A stretch of DNA of 64,000 nucleotides from Paraspadella gotoi. Taxonomy: Eukaryota > Animalia > Chaetognatha. Positions 40,697-55,281 of the stretch are shown one piece after another. Positions within the stretch are counted from its first letter, which is position 1; every line of letters begins with the position of its first letter. The translations under genes were made by a program, and so were the position numbers. The stretch covers positions 1,471,923-1,535,922 of the forward strand of contig CM119264.1 in NCBI GenBank assembly GCA_051294375.1, written 5' to 3'. The notes beneath the pieces were generated by a model. That model was not told the DNA's origin and ran no database searches. It was given only the letters and a program-made list of their open reading frames with translations.

Positions 40697-41459
40697 AGAG
40701 ATGATTGTATTAGCTATTATCTATTACTGCCTTTTTTGTTTCCGCTCAGGAAATTACGACATCGACTCTCAGGGGGAAGAAAATAGGGGAAGAGGGAGAA
40801 GGGGAGGAAGAGGAAGAGAAGGAGGGGGTAGAGGAGGAAGAGGGTGAAGAAAAGGGAGAAGGGTAGGAAGAGGAAGAGAAGGAGGGAGAAGAGAATAATA
40901 TTTGTAATAAAGATTAAATAAATAGTAATAAGAATAATAAATAGAAAAAAGCTGGAGAGAAATAAAGCAAAATTAAAGCAAAAATTGTAAAATGGAAAAT
41001 TGAAACAAGAAAGAAGGAAGAAAAGAGAGAAATGCTCTTGAGTCAAAGGCCTTCTTTTCTTCCTTCTCATTCTCCCTTCCCTTCTTCCTTCCTTCTTTCC
41101 TCAGTTCCTCCTCTCTCTCTCCTTCACTCCCCCTTCTCCTTCCCCTTCTCTCCATGCACTTTTCTCTATTCCTCTTCCCTTCCTCTCATCATTCTCTCCC
41201 CTCCTCTTTTCCTCCCCCCTCTCTCCTTGCCCTCTTCTCCCATCCTCCCTCCTCTCATCCTCTCCTCTCCTCTCTCTCCTATCTCTCTCCTTTCCCTCTT
41301 TCCTTCTCGCTCACCTTCCTCTCCATCTCTCTGCTCTTCCCACTCCCCCATTTTTCTTCTTCTTCCTACCCCTTCCCTCACTCCCTTCCATCACTCTCTC
41401 CTCTCACTGCTCCCTCTCGATGCGGTAGCTAAAACGATTGTGGCCCGATCAGGAGCCTA

Positions 41460-42250
41460 GAGTTGAAGCTTTCGCTACTGACTACAGGTTTTAAATATTG
41501 AATCTGTAAAATGGTGTGAAACATTTGGCAACTAAACCCTGTCAAGGGGAAAGGATCGGTAATGCGCAGGTCTTTTTAGTCCGATGCCTCGACCCATCTG
41601 CTGAGTTCTTTTGAATCTCTTAAAAATCGGAGATGGATGAGGTCGTGAGAATATAAAGAATTTTCAATTGCTTAGGTATTGTCTTAGTGAAAAACTTTTC
41701 TGGACGAGATTCATTGATATCTTTATTAGACAAGCAAAGGGCAATCTTTGCCATCAAATAAAGATAGCCAAATGAAAGTTATGACAATTATAAAACTGTT
41801 CTTCAGCTCTACACAGTCTGGTCATTTTCAATCTTTGAATACTTCTAGTCCAACTTGGATAACACTCGAGCAAAAGCCAATGGGAGAAAATAGAAAAAAC
41901 TGCATTTGCGAGCAATGAAAAACCTTTTTAGAAACTTCCAATACGATACGTCGGCCAAAGTTTGTTTATGAATGCAGCAAATGTTCGAATATTTTAACCA
42001 CCAAGTTTAACAAAAAAAGCACCTGCAAACGAATCAGTGGAGCCATCGGTAGACGGACAAACGATTCTCTTCGATGACATCATTGAATATCGTTCCATTC
42101 CGAGAGATATTTCCACACACAAATCCCACATCAAAAATGTCAGGAAACTTTGGGGATTTAGTATCAGTCAAGTCACTCTTCAGACCAAACAAATTTTTGC
42201 CGAAGTCTGTCAAAAAATAAATATCCAGAAACACACTTAGACATCAGTAG
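41460..42250 (+). pseudogene. Decayed coding-like fragment, possibly the C-terminal RT region of a non-LTR retrotransposon
   Basis: Complex, non-repetitive sequence with many stops; VDGQTILFDDIIEYRSIPRDISTHKSHIKNVRK loosely resembles the LINE RT ...YLG.....W..HI..V.K segment. Confidence 0.3.
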
Positions 42251-42540
42251 TTACACTGAATTGGGGATCATTAATGTCTAATTCTTACAACATATTACTT
42301 TTGTTTTGTCTTTGGCTTTTATTTTTACTTTTATTTTCTGACGTAGTCGTGTCACGTAACTTCTTCATTGTGTCCTGTCCGGGATTCGGGGTCAAAAGTT
42401 CAAATGTATTTAAGAACATTACCAAAATACGTACAATTTTAAATTTTGCTTTTTACCGTCACGTATGTCTTTAATGAAAGACCCATAAGCCGCTTAATCG
42501 CGAGCTCTAGTCCGTTGTTGTATATTTATCATTAATCATT

Positions 42541-42573
<33 letters not shown>

Positions 42574-42684
42574 CTTCTCGCCCCTGTCCGTCTTTCCCGG
42601 AGACTTTTCTAAACGCGTTCATGCAAACGCAAAGTAAAACCTCTTGGCCTGATATCGCGCGACCTATCTCAGCCAAAGCACGCT

Positions 42685-42719
<35 letters not shown>

Positions 42720-45700
42720 ATCTCCATCTTCGTCTCGTCTCTCTCTTTCTTTCTCATCTTCTGCTCTCTCTCCGTCTTCTCTCTCTCTCGTCTCTCTCTG
42801 CTCTCCAATTAGAATCTAAAAAGAATGGAAAAAAAAAACTTTGCTTAATACTTAATTTTAATATTATTTATACATTTGTGTTATGATCCGTTTCGTTGTT
42901 TTATCTTTCTCTTTGGGTTATTGCTAAATTCCTCATATTAATTCTTGACAGCTTAATGAATTCAGATCAAGATAATTGGGAACTTGGCAGCAATGCTTGC
43001 ATTTTATATGCGCGCGGCGGTGGCCGAAATTTCTCGCGTCAACAGCCTAACATTATGCGCGTGCAGGGCGCGAGATGAAAACGTGCTGGGTCAAAACGTG
43101 AATGGAACGCGCGATACACGATCGATCTTTTAGGTTCAAAGTGGATGTAGTAATAAAAATGGACGACGAAGATTATGGAAAAGAAAAAAAAAACCTTTTT
43201 CGTTACGATTACAATTATTTCTTCCTTTATTTTAAATTTTAGGGTAAATTTGAAAATAAAGTAGAAAAATGAAAAAAAAAGATCGATTTACAAGCCAAAC
43301 CCAAGATCGGTTCCATCCAATGGTGGTGGCCGCCGTCAGTGACTTTTTTTCGCTTCGTGCATTCTGAATTTCTTCATTTATTCCTTATCAGTTTTTTGGA
43401 TTTCCTAAGGCGGAGAGGGAGCAGTCACCTTAGATTTGATGTTTTTTCCATGTCTTAACAAATGCAGCCCAAATTACAGGCGAATTGTTGAGCATTTTCC
43501 ACGTAAGATGGGTACAGACCAAGAGACAGACATACCGACCCACCGGACCGACAGGCACCGACCGAAAAGTGACATATAGAGCCCGCTCCAGGAGTACATC
43601 CGCATTGCCTTGGGCCAACCGAGGCCGCGATCCCACATCCGCTCATAACCAGTCTTCAACCAATCTTTAACGAATTTAATTCTTAAATTTCGAAAATTAG
43701 GTTATATTTAGGGATTGAAGCTTTGTGATAAATGTTATGGATTAGGGTTAGGGATATAGGGTTAGGGATATGAATATTAGGATTAAAGATTAAGGATAAG
43801 GATTAGGATTGATAAACTTTAATAATATATTTAGGGAAAATACAAAGGTATAACAATTAAATTCCGGGTGTGAGAGCAACGGAATGAGGCAGCGTTCTGT
43901 GAAAAGAGTACCAAAAAAAAAAGAAATGGATGCTCTAGAAAAAGAGCCAATAAAGAGGCGCTTTGGAAAAGAGATGCCAAAATTTTTAATTTATTAAAAT
44001 TCGCTTCTTAATTTATAATTTAAATGAAAAAGAAAACATTAGACATTTTTTTTTGTTTTTCTTGTCTTCAAAGAAAAAGAAAGAATTTTGATGTTCTTAA
44101 TTTTCTCTCTCCTCTTTCTTCTGATAATAAGGGATGATTATTTAAAACAAACAAAATAATTGTTGACTTTCCATTTCGTCAGATTGAAGTTTTCTCTCCC
44201 ATTCACGATCCACAGACGAGGCTAACCATATTTTCTTTTTTTATTTTTAGAAAGGGTGACGTTAGTTACGAGACAGAGAGATGAGACACTCACACAGAGA
44301 ATCGGGACGAGATAGAGGGATGAGGAGAAAGACAGAAAGAAAGAAAGAGTGAACAGAAAAAGAAAGAGAAGAAAGAGTTCAAGATTAAAAAAAAATTCGG
44401 GTACATCGTACATTTTAACAGAAATGACACAAATAGGAGTTGCTTGTCTGATTTTGTTCACAAATTAAGCTTAACTGTTCAGCCTCTTTGTTTTTCTGAT
44501 TTCAACCATTAGATTAGTGCAGCATAGATAACAATCTTCTTTTTTCTTAGTCTGAACTATATCAAAAATAGTTTTCTTAAAAGCTCAAAGTCAAAAATTA
44601 TTTCGACTACTTTTATAAATAAATTAAATAAATGTGCTAGACTTACTTGTGATATGGCGCTAGGGCGGGCCTCTTTATGATACCACATTTAGTACTATTG
44701 GGGATCGATCCCCGGTAACTTATATGGTAATGACTTGCACGGCTTTACTTTATGAGGCACGGGGCATTAGGTAAAAAAACTGCTGTTTTTAAAGCGGAGT
44801 GAACTTGGCGCAAAAAACAAAAAAAAAACAAAAAACGACAAAATCTCGAAACTAGTTTAGGACGAAATTGACGAAGATTTCCGCGCCTTCTCTCAACAAG
44901 AAAGAAAGAGTGCTGCATCTAATTATCCCGAACTGCAAAGCTTCTTGATGCTGCCATCGCTGCCAACCGAAATGAAGAGAGCACTCAGTTGTAGGTCAGT
45001 TTCTCTATTTCGGGATCCGAGATTCAAAAACCCTAAAGCGAAGCTTTTTGTGTTGCGGCCGGATCGAAGCAGATAGAATGGAGAAAGAGACAGAGAGAAA
45101 AACCCACAGACAATCTTCTCTCTCGAGTAATACCAAGCGAGCCCTGATTTTCTCTTTGTCTCACTTCTCTCTCCCACAGCTAGCCATCTCCGGTCGGGTC
45201 GTGGTAATCTCAACCGAGTAATCCGTATCGAGTTTCATATCGACACCACTACGAACCACTTGCTACTCCCCTCGGACATCCCTCCGCTATTATCCTCTCT
45301 CCCATCTTCTTCCCGCATCTCTATGCGCCGACGAACTCTTCTCTGCCGTTTTTGTGAAATTTTATCCAAACGAACAAAATGAGGGCATCAAACGTCGCGT
45401 GCGAGAAAACCGACGCCCAGCGATCCTGGCGGGAAGGAAGAGAAAAGCGAGAGAGAGAAAGAAAAAAAAAACAATTGGCTCCGAGAAGGAAAAGCCCGAA
45501 GAAAACCGGGAGTCAAATTTCATAATTTACGCCGACACTAAAATTCGACTCACGCTCTGGCCTCCTTTGAGGGGGGTGGAGAGAGAGAGAGAGAGAGGGA
45601 CAGAGAGAGGGAGAGAGAGAGAGAGAGAGAGAGAGATTCGTAGACTTGAGTTGAGTGCAGATTTTTTTTTCTTTTAACCCTGATTCGTTGGAGCTTTTAG

Positions 45701-47584
45701 TCTGTGGTGTTTAAAATTTATTTTGTCTTTTTTTTTCCTTTTTCTCAGTTTCCTCATTTTTTTTTCTTTCCTCCTTTTTTTCATTTCTTTCCTTCTTTCA
45801 TTTATTTCCATTTTTTCCCTCATTTTCTCCTTTCTTTCATTTATTTTCTCCTTTTTCTCATTTTTTCCCTCCTTTCTTTCATTTTTTTCTGGTTATTTCT
45901 GTTTTCTTTCATTTCTTTCCGCCTTTAAATCATATTTTTAATTTCTTTTCTCCTTTTCTTCCATTTCTTTCCTCCTTTTTAACATTTTTATCCTTCAATT
46001 CCTTCTTTCTTTGATATTTTTCCTTCTTTTTTATTTCATTCCTTCTTACTTTCATTTCTTTCCTCCTTTTTATCATTTATTTCCTTCTTTTCTTCCTTTC
46101 TTTTATTTCTTCCTTTATTTTTTTTCATATTTTTCCTCCTCTATTTCATTTCTTTCCTCATTTCTTTCATTTCTTTCCTCATTTCTTTCCCATCTCAATT
46201 GACGAAATCGAAGCTCAATGCATCCATCTTTGTCATCAAAGTAAAAAAAAAATAACATCCTCGATTTAAATGTCATAATCATCCAACTAAATGTCATTGT
46301 CATCTATTTAAATATCATCATCATCCACCTAAATGTCATCGTCATCAATTTATATGTAGTCATCATCATCCACCTAAATGTCATCGTTATTGATTTAAAT
46401 GTCATTGTAATCGATTTAAATGTCATTGCCAAATCGGACGACAAGTGTCCTGCGAAATGACGGTCGTCGTCGTCGTTGGAAGATCATTGGCGGCACCTTT
46501 TACGAAAAATCGGATTTAATTATTTCGTCATTATAATTATAAAAGAAACGTTAAGCTTTTAATTGAGGTTTTTTATGATATTTTTTTATATAAGATTTAA
46601 AATTCTCGTGCTATTTAAATAAAGATATAAGTTTTTTATTCTAAATTGATTACAATTTATTGTACTATTTAATATGTGGGTTCGAATCTAACCGCTGCCA
46701 CCACATTTAAAAAAAAACTCATAGATTTTTATGGGCAAAATCAAGATGAGATTTCATTCTAAGAATAATGGTGACGGTGAGACATGCATTACAGTTTTGA
46801 TCAATTATATTAAAATTAGAATAGGTTAAATCTATTTATAGCTGATTATTGATTATTATTTATAGTGATTTTGACTGTTCCAATTATTCAGCAAGCTAAT
46901 TGGTCGATTCTGGTTCCATCTTAGCCAATTAGGATTCGGTGATTCTATTTTTGCTTATAACGCCTGAGCTTCTTATCCGATTTTCTTATTGTGGCTTGAT
47001 ACTCTTTCGATTATACATATAGTATTTATGAAAGATAATTAATCTATTTCTTTTTTATATATAGTTTTATTTATTTTTTTTTCTAGATATATATTTTTTA
47101 TTTTAAATCAAATTTTTGTTTATTCAGATTTTATATTTAATTTAATAAATATATTTTTCTATTTTTTTCCCGATCACTTCTTCAAGGGTGCCTCATTTAT
47201 GTCGAACCCTCTTAGGAATTTTCATTGAAATATGAGGAGGAAAATTCTTGGAGTCAGGACCAACATGGCGGCGCCTCAATAAAAAGGAGAGAGAGAGAGA
47301 GCGAGAGAGAGAGAGAGAAAGCGAGAGAGAGAGAGAGTTGAAAAGAAGACGCGTCGTCATAGCAACGGGATTTTACGAGCGAAAAGTCGCTCGATCGACC
47401 GAAACTTTTCGCTTTTCACACAAAAAAAGGGAAAATGTTCACACGGAGAGAATTTTAATTTTTTATTATGTTTTTTTTAACGAAATTCATTAACCAATAA
47501 AGTGTTTTACTGAGTATTGATTGGAATAAATCGATCAAAATACGTTTGTAAAAGTTAACCTTGGGTTTTAGGAGAATAGAATTC

Positions 47585-48385
47585 GTTCGACCGTCTGTCA
47601 GTCCTTTAGTCCTTCCGTCAGTCCGTCATTCCGTCTGTTATTCCGTCCCTCATTCCGTCCGTCCATCCGTTCTTCCGTCCGTCCGTCCTTCCGTTCGTCC
47701 GTTCATCCGTCCTTCCGTCCTTCTTTCCGTCCGTCCATCCGTCATTCCGTAGGTCATCCATCAGTCCATCCATCATTCTGTCCGTCCGTCCTTCCCTCCG
47801 TCCGTCCTTCCATCCATTCGTCTGTCCTTCCGTCCTTCCGCCCTCCCTCCGTCCATCCATCCTTCCGTTCATCCTTCCGTGCGTCCGTCCGTCATTCCAT
47901 CCGTCCGTCTATCCTTCCATCTGTCCATCCTTCGGTTCGGCCGTCCATCCTTCTGTCCATCCATCCTTCTGTCTGTCCATCCGTCCATCCGTCCGTCTTC
48001 CCATCTGTCCGTCTGTCCGCTTGTCTTTGCGTACGTTCGTCTGTCCGTCTGTCTGTCCATCCTTCCATTGGTCATTCCGTCTGTCCATCCTTCCGTCTGT
48101 CTGTCCTTCCGTCCATCCCTCTGTCATTCCGTCCGTCCTTCCGTCCATCCATCCTTCCATCCATCCGTCTGTCTGTCCATCCGTTATTCTGTCCGTCTGT
48201 CCGATTATCCGTCATTCTGTCCGTCCGTCCTTCCGTCTGTCATTCCTTCCTTCCATCCATCCATCTGTCCGTCCGTCCGTCAATCCGTCATTCCATCCGT
48301 CCATCTGTCCGTCCGTCGGTCATTCCGCCCGTCCGTCCGTCCGTCCGTCCGTCCGTCCGTCCATCCGTTTGTCCGTCCGGTCATC
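47585..48385. repeat. Degenerate tetranucleotide tract (CCGT/CCAT/CTGT)n; duplicate at ~58600-59410
   Basis: Direct inspection. Confidence 0.9.
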
Positions 48386-48538
48386 CTTCTTTCCTTAATC
48401 CTGATTTTCTTTCGATTTTCTTTTTTTCTTTTATTTTTATTTTCGCCGAGAAAAAATTTTCGCAATTAGTTAATGGGAATAAGATGTCTGTCGGTTGAAC
48501 CGAAGCTGAGTCAGCGAGAAGACGGAAAATCAAAGATG

Positions 48539-48611
<73 letters not shown>

Positions 48612-48955
48612 TAAACGAAAACGATAAAGAGTACGAGAGAGAGAGACTTCTTCCCAAATGATATCCAATTTTTTAGTCGCAGTTAAATATGCGTCGCAAT
48701 TTAAACGCTTTTTTCGGTCGGTCCGTCTGTCTGTAAAAAATCTTAATTTCTAATCATGAAACTAAAATACGTAAAAATTATACGTTGAACAGCCTATGGT
48801 TGGGTTTTAAAGGACCCGAAAAGTTTTCAATCAAGACTTTTTCACAGTCCATTGTGTTTACAATGCACATTGTAAATTTCACATCGTACATTTGTACGTC
48901 CAGGAGTTAGGACAGTGAGATAACTATCTCTTCGTGACAGAGAGCGGGAGAAAAG

Positions 48956-49016
<61 letters not shown>

Positions 49017-49054
49017 AGAGAGAGCGAGAGAGAGAGAAAGCAGACCGAAGAGAG

Positions 49055-49189
49055 AGAAGACGATGCGGGAGAAAAAGGAATTCATTGATTTCTGGGGGGA
49101 AAAAGATTCGCTTTAGGGGAAGAAATCATTTTGGGGGAGAAAGTTAAGGAAATCCTCCGGTCTTAGTTCAGATAGAGAGAGAGAGAGTA

Positions 49190-49225
<36 letters not shown>

Positions 49226-49345
49226 AAAGACGATGCGGAGAAAAAAGAATTCAATTGATTTCTGGGGGGAAAAAGATTCGCTTAAGGGGAAGAAATCATT
49301 TTGGGGGAAAGTTAAGGAAATCCTCAGTCTTAGTCAGATAGAGAG
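49055..49345. repeat. Two tandem ~170-bp units (gacgatgcggagaaaaa..gggggaaaaagattcgct..gttaaggaaatcctc + (GA)n)
   Basis: Seen in both copies of the larger duplication (also ~60140-60430), so probably genuine. Confidence 0.85.
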
Positions 49346-49504
49346 AGAGAGAGTAAGAGAGAGAGAGAGAGAGTTATATATAAACAAATAGATAACGTAC
49401 TTACGTCGTCAGCGCTTTTTTTTCCTTCAGTCTTGGGTCTTGGGTAATTAGCCTTCATTTTCTTCTCCACTTGTTCTCGATCAAAACTCAAGATTTAAAG
49501 TCCC

Positions 49505-50410
49505 TTTGGTTTTCTTTTGCTATTTCCTCCCACGGTTTTTTTTTTTGCTATTTCCTCCCACAGTTTTCTTTTGCTATTTCCTCCCACAGTTTTCTTTTGC
49601 TATTTCGTCCCACCATTTTCTTTTGCTATTTCCTTCCACCATTTTCTTTTGCTATTTCCTTCCACCATTTTCTTTTGCTATTTCCTCCCGCGATTTTCTT
49701 TTGCTATTTCATTCCACCATTTTCTTTTGCTATTTCCTTCCACCATTTTATTTTGCTATTTCCTCCCGCGATTTTCTTTTACTATTTCCTCCAACGGTTT
49801 TCTTTTGCTTTTTCCTCCCATGCTTTCTTTTGCTATATCCTCCCACAGTTTTTTTTGCTATTTCCCCCACGGTTTTTTTTTTGCTATTTTCTTCCACTGT
49901 TTTCTTTTGCTATTTCCTCCCACAATTTTTATTTGCTATTTTCTCCAATGGTTTTCTTTTTTTATTTCCTCCCGCGATTTTCTTATACTATTTTCTCCAA
50001 CAGTTTTTTTTTTTGCTATTTTCTCAAACGGTTTTATGTTGCTATTTCCTCCAACGGTTTTCTTTGCTATTTCCCCCCACGATTTTCTTTTGCTATTTCC
50101 TCCAATGGTTTTGTTTTGCTATTTTCTCTAATGGTTTTCTTTGCTATTTCTTTCCATGATTTTATTTTGCTATTTCCTTTCACAGTTTTCTTTTTCTATT
50201 TTGTCCCACAGTTTACTTTTGATATTTTCTCCAACGGTTTTCTTTTGCTATTTCCTCCCACGGTTTTTTTGCTATTTCCTCCCACGATTTTTTTGCTATT
50301 TCCTCCCATGATTTTTTTTATATTTCCTCCAACGGTTTTCTTTTGCTATTTCCTCCTATGGTTTTCTTTGCTTTTTTCTCTCACGATTTTTATTTTTGCT
50401 ATTTCATCCC
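49505..50410 (+). repeat. 26-bp pyrimidine-rich minisatellite (ttttcttttgctatttcctcccacag), ~35 units; duplicate at ~60600-61505
   Basis: Period of 26 measured between cag at 49561 and 49587; source of the spurious 406-aa Phe-rich ORF. Confidence 0.92.
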
Positions 50411-50655
50411 ACTGTGAAAATTTTCTTTCTTGTTTTCTTTCATTTTTAATTTTTGTTTTTATTATTCTTTTTCCTTTGTTTTTTCCTTTCTCTTACTTTC
50501 CTTTTTTGGGACGCCTTTTTTTTTGGCCCCCAGGGTTCTCTTTTTTTGGATCGCCCTCCTGCGCATTCAAATTTATGTTTTCCTTTTTTTTCCTTTTTAA
50601 GCGAGAGGAAAAAAATACTTATAATGGTATGAACTGGATTTATTTAGTCATTTGT

Positions 50656-50691
<36 letters not shown>

Positions 50692-50773
50692 TTATTTATT
50701 TATTTATTTATATTTTATTAGTAGACCCAATATATTGCAGTCCTAATAATTAAACATTTTCTCTTCAACTCTT

Positions 50774-50847
<74 letters not shown>

Positions 50848-50984
50848 GCTTCGCGCTTCCAATTCCGACAACCGGCGAAAAGCTGCCGAGATCACAACTA
50901 ATGGCAACCAATTTTGGTTGTTTTGGGTTTTAACCTTACTCTCTCTCCGTCTCTCTCTCTCTCTCATCCTCTCTCCTCCTCTCT

Positions 50985-51465
50985 CTCTTTCTCTCTTTAG
51001 AGCTTTCTCTTCTGCTTTTAAAGTTCTCGCCCTCGCTCTTAATTTTCAATGTTTCCACCTCAATTGTTGGTATTTTTTAAAACTCTATCTCTCCTCTCAT
51101 CCTCTCTCTCTTCTCATCGTCTCTCTTTCTCTCTCTTTAGAGTCTTTTTTCTGGCTTTTATAAAGTCCCCTCGCCTCTTTAATTTCCCCTCATTTGGTTT
51201 TTAACGTCTCATCTCTCGTCTTCTCTTCTCCTCTCTCTCTACTCTGTCTCTCTCTCTTCAGAGTCTTTCTTTGCTTTTAAAGTCTTTCTCCCTCTTTAAT
51301 TTCCCCTCATTGGTTTTTAACTCTATCTCTCTCTCTCTCTCTCGTCTCCGTCTGCTCTCTCTCTCTCATTCTTTCAAGAGTCTTTCTTCTTTTCTGCTTT
51401 TAAAAGTCACCTCCTCTTTAATTTCCGCCCTCATTTGGGTTTTTACTCTTCCTCATCTCTCTCCC

Positions 51466-51497
<32 letters not shown>

Positions 51498-52065
51498 TTT
51501 TTAGAGTCTTTTCTTCTGCTTTTTAAAGGTCTCCCTCCTCTTTAATTTCCCACTCATTGATTTGGGTTTTTTTAAACTCATCCTTTCTCGTCTTCTCTCT
51601 CCTCTTCGTCCCTCTCTCTCCTTCTCATCGCCAACCTCTCTTCCCTCTCCTCTCTTCCTCTCTTAGAGTCTTTCTTCTTGCTTCTTAAAGGTCTCCCCTC
51701 TCTTTAATTTCCCCTACATTTGGGTTTTTAACTCTATCCTCTCTCTCTTCTCTCGATCTCTCATCTCCTCCCTCTCTCGTCTTCATCTTAGAGTCTTTCT
51801 TAGCTGCTTTTTAAAGTCTCCCTCACCATTTAATTTCCAGCTCATTTGGGTTAACTACTATCTCTGCTCTCTCGTCTCTCCTCTTCGTCTCCCCTCTTTC
51901 TCTCTCATCTTATAGAGTCTTTTATCTTTCACTGCTTTTAAAGTCTTCCTTCCCCTTTAATTATTCCCCTCATTTGGTTTTTAACACTCATCTTATTCCC
52001 TCTTCTCTTCTCTCTCTCTCCTCTCTCTCATCTCTTAGAGTGTCTTCTCTGCGTTTTAATAAGAA
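50985..52065. repeat. Compound minisatellite: tagagtctttcttctgcttttaaagtctcc..ttaatttcccctcatttggtttttaactc + variable (CT)n, ~10 units
   Basis: Direct inspection; it becomes increasingly error-rich toward the N gap. Confidence 0.85.
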
Positions 52066-54169
52066 GTCTNNNNNNNNNNNNNNNNNNNNNNNNNATCAAG
52101 ACACAGAAGGCTGCGGATTCGCCGAGTTGGACATATTCTTCTGTCCTCGCTTTCCTGGTTTTCTCTCTCTTTCTCTCTCTCTTTCTCTCTGTATCTCTCA
52201 TCTTCTTCTCTCTCATCTCTCCTCTCTCTCTCTCTCTCTCTCTCATACTTTCTCGGTCTTCCTCCTGCTCAGGTTTCGTACCTCCTGCATCTCTCTCTCT
52301 CTCATTTTTTCACCACCTCTTGTCCACCATATTCAAATATTAAAATTATTTTTCATAAGTCATTTGATATTATATTTAATTATATTTTTTTCATTCATTT
52401 CATTTATCAATTTTATCGTCATAAAGTATTACTGTTGGCGTAAGATATATAATATTTTTTTTATTTTTAAGTTTAACTTTATTTTTTTAATCATATAGTG
52501 TTTCTCTATTCTCATCGAGTAATTTATACACCGTGCAACGTCTTGTCTTTTTTTTTCCTTTTCTCTTCTTTTTTTTCCATTCAAAGACAATAGTTTATGC
52601 AAAAATATTAAAAATGTAGTGTACAATTTTTTGGGGGCACATTTTTAGGTGCATCTCCTGATTTTTTGAAACGAAGCAGTTTTTTATGAATTTTTTTTTT
52701 TTCTTTCTATTTCTGATTTTTACTTTTTTTATTTGTCATTTATTTATCTATTTTGATTTGTTTCGTTTTATTTCATCAATTCTTAATCTTCATGCCTTTG
52801 TATTTTTTTCCAACCTTTTGTTCTCTAATAATAAAGATGAGAACAATACGTTCGAAAGTCGAAGCATCGAGATCAAAGATGTCTTTTATATTTCACTTTC
52901 TAATATTCCAAAATGCATAGTCACGGCCCAAATATATATCATATGGGCAGATTTTCGAAGCTTGAGCGTCTTGGAAACTCCAATGAGGTAAAGAGCGGCG
53001 ATGCGAAATTCCCAATTTATCATGCCCAATACATAAAGTATTTAATAGGACCTGGTCAGAAGTCGTTTTTTCCTATTCCAAGAAAACTCCTGGCTCTTGA
53101 GTAAATAAAGACCAAAATCATAGCATATTAGTCACAGTTTTCGAAACTCTCATTATTGTCTTCTCTACTGATGAAAAAAACAAAATTAAAATTCTTGCAA
53201 TCATTAAGTTGCTTTGATAAAGCAATTAAATGAAACTGGTTTTTAGGTGAAAACTGCATAGTCAACGCCTTATCATTTTTTTTCATTTTGAACACACATT
53301 GACAGAAAACTGAGTAATTTGAATTTTACTATTCAAATCAGGTGAAGCGCTGGGCCTTATTCGAAAAGCGTTTTCTCAATAGTAATTGCAAAATTATAAA
53401 AAAAGTCGCAATAAAAACTTATTAAAAACAAAAATCGTCGCACAGTGTTACATGTGAGTGCCCAATGCTAGAAAAATAATTTTAAATTTTTTTATATTCT
53501 ATTATATATATATAAAAATATTATATACCAATATAATTATAGTTTTAAATATTATTTTGTTTAATTTAATCTGGAAGAAAGGTAGTACTAATATAGGTTA
53601 TTATATATATAATGTATAAAAAATATATGTTTACAAATAAAATAACTATTTTTTTATTAAACTGCTAAAGAGAGGTTTTTTTGTATCATTGAGAATTGGT
53701 ACAGACCAATATAAAAATATCCAGTTCATTTATAAATACCAGGCTCGTGATTTGGCCACGATTTGACAGGCTTTGGTGGTTTAAGGCTCCATCATCTTAG
53801 CAAGGATAATGACATAGCAGGTCCCCTGCAAGACTGTTTCAATCAGACTCTCTCACAGTCTTCTTTTATTCACTCGCAGAGTACACTGGCTTCCCTATGC
53901 AATGAAGTGGAAAATATTTCAAAGAATGTATTTCAATATGAAAGAACACTCCCTAGAATATAAATTAAAAAATATAAGAATAAACTAAAATTTAATTTTA
54001 ATAAAATAATAATATATATATTAAATATAATAAAATTTTAAAAAAATATTTAATTTTTTAAATTTTAATAATAATAATAATATAATATATAAAATATAAT
54101 AATAAATAAAATAATTTTTTTATTTTTTAATTTTATTTTTTTTAATATAATTATTATTTTATTTTTTTA

Positions 54170-54202
<33 letters not shown>

Positions 54203-55242
54203 TATTATTATTATATAATCTTGATAATAATATATATTTATTATTAATAATTTTTATTTTATTATTTAATAAATTATTACAAAACTTAGTAGTTTTAATT
54301 ATTTTAATATTCAAAAAATTTTTAAAAATTTATTTTTATAATTCATATATAAGTAAAAAGTATTTTTTTTAACTGAAGGGATTTTTCTGAAAATTCCAGG
54401 CCAGGATCTCAACTGTGGCCGGTTTCTAAAGCTTAGTACTGGACGCATAGTACCTAATCTTTGTTGGATCAAAAGAGCTCGGATTTTAAAGGAAAGTTGA
54501 TCGGTTTGAAGAGCGATTTTGCGTTGCTTTGGCGATTACTTTGAAACGGATTGGTCCGTTTATGATGAAATTATAGCATGTAGATAATGTTTGCCATTGG
54601 TCTAGTCGAACGCTACCAAATTTGATATAAAACAATGAGTTGTTTAGAAACGCACTGCTTCATGACCCCCACTAAATAACTAACGTACCGTCAAGAGTTA
54701 TATTAAAGTTGACAAATTAAGGTAATATATGAATAAGACAACCAACAAATATAAACCGAAAGAAATCAAGGCTAAAGAGAAAAGTAAGGAACGAAACGAA
54801 AGTTACAAACAAACGAAAGATCAGAAACGAACTAAGTGGAAATAGATGAACGCACAAAGAACAAACAATATACTAAGTGACGAACGATAGGAAAGGAATG
54901 ACGAAACTAAACGAAAGAAGGAACGAACGACTTATCAAGAAATGCGTTGATTAAAATAGAGAGAAACTCGGAAAAAACAAAAGAGAGAAGAAGGAAAAAA
55001 ATCGTTAATCAGGCGACGAGCGAGAAAGCAGATGCGTAGCTTCGAGTGTCGGCCCGTCGAAGTTTTTTTGTTTGAAAAGAACCGAGAAAGACTGCTAATA
55101 ATGCAAATGAGATTATAGTTCAAAAGAGGAAGATAAAAGAAAAAAGTATGAGAGTGTTGGTTAGTGAGAGGTGAGTGAAAAGGGTGAAAGAGAGAGAGTC
55201 GAGAGAGAGAAGGAGGAGAGAGAGAGAGAGAGAGAGAAGTGC

Positions 55243-55281
<39 letters not shown>

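Noticed and set aside
43740-43812. Telomeric TTAGGG-like repeats (also 29820-29905)
   Set aside because: Short, degenerate interstitial hexamer repeats, not a telomere array.
47258-47370. YY1-like (aacatggcggc) and RFX-like (catagcaac) motifs
   Set aside because: Short motifs with no associated exon identified; insufficient to call a promoter.
49471-50691. 406-aa Phe-rich ORF and overlapping ORFs (also 60564-61310)
   Set aside because: Stop-free translation of a 26-bp pyrimidine minisatellite that is open in several frames.
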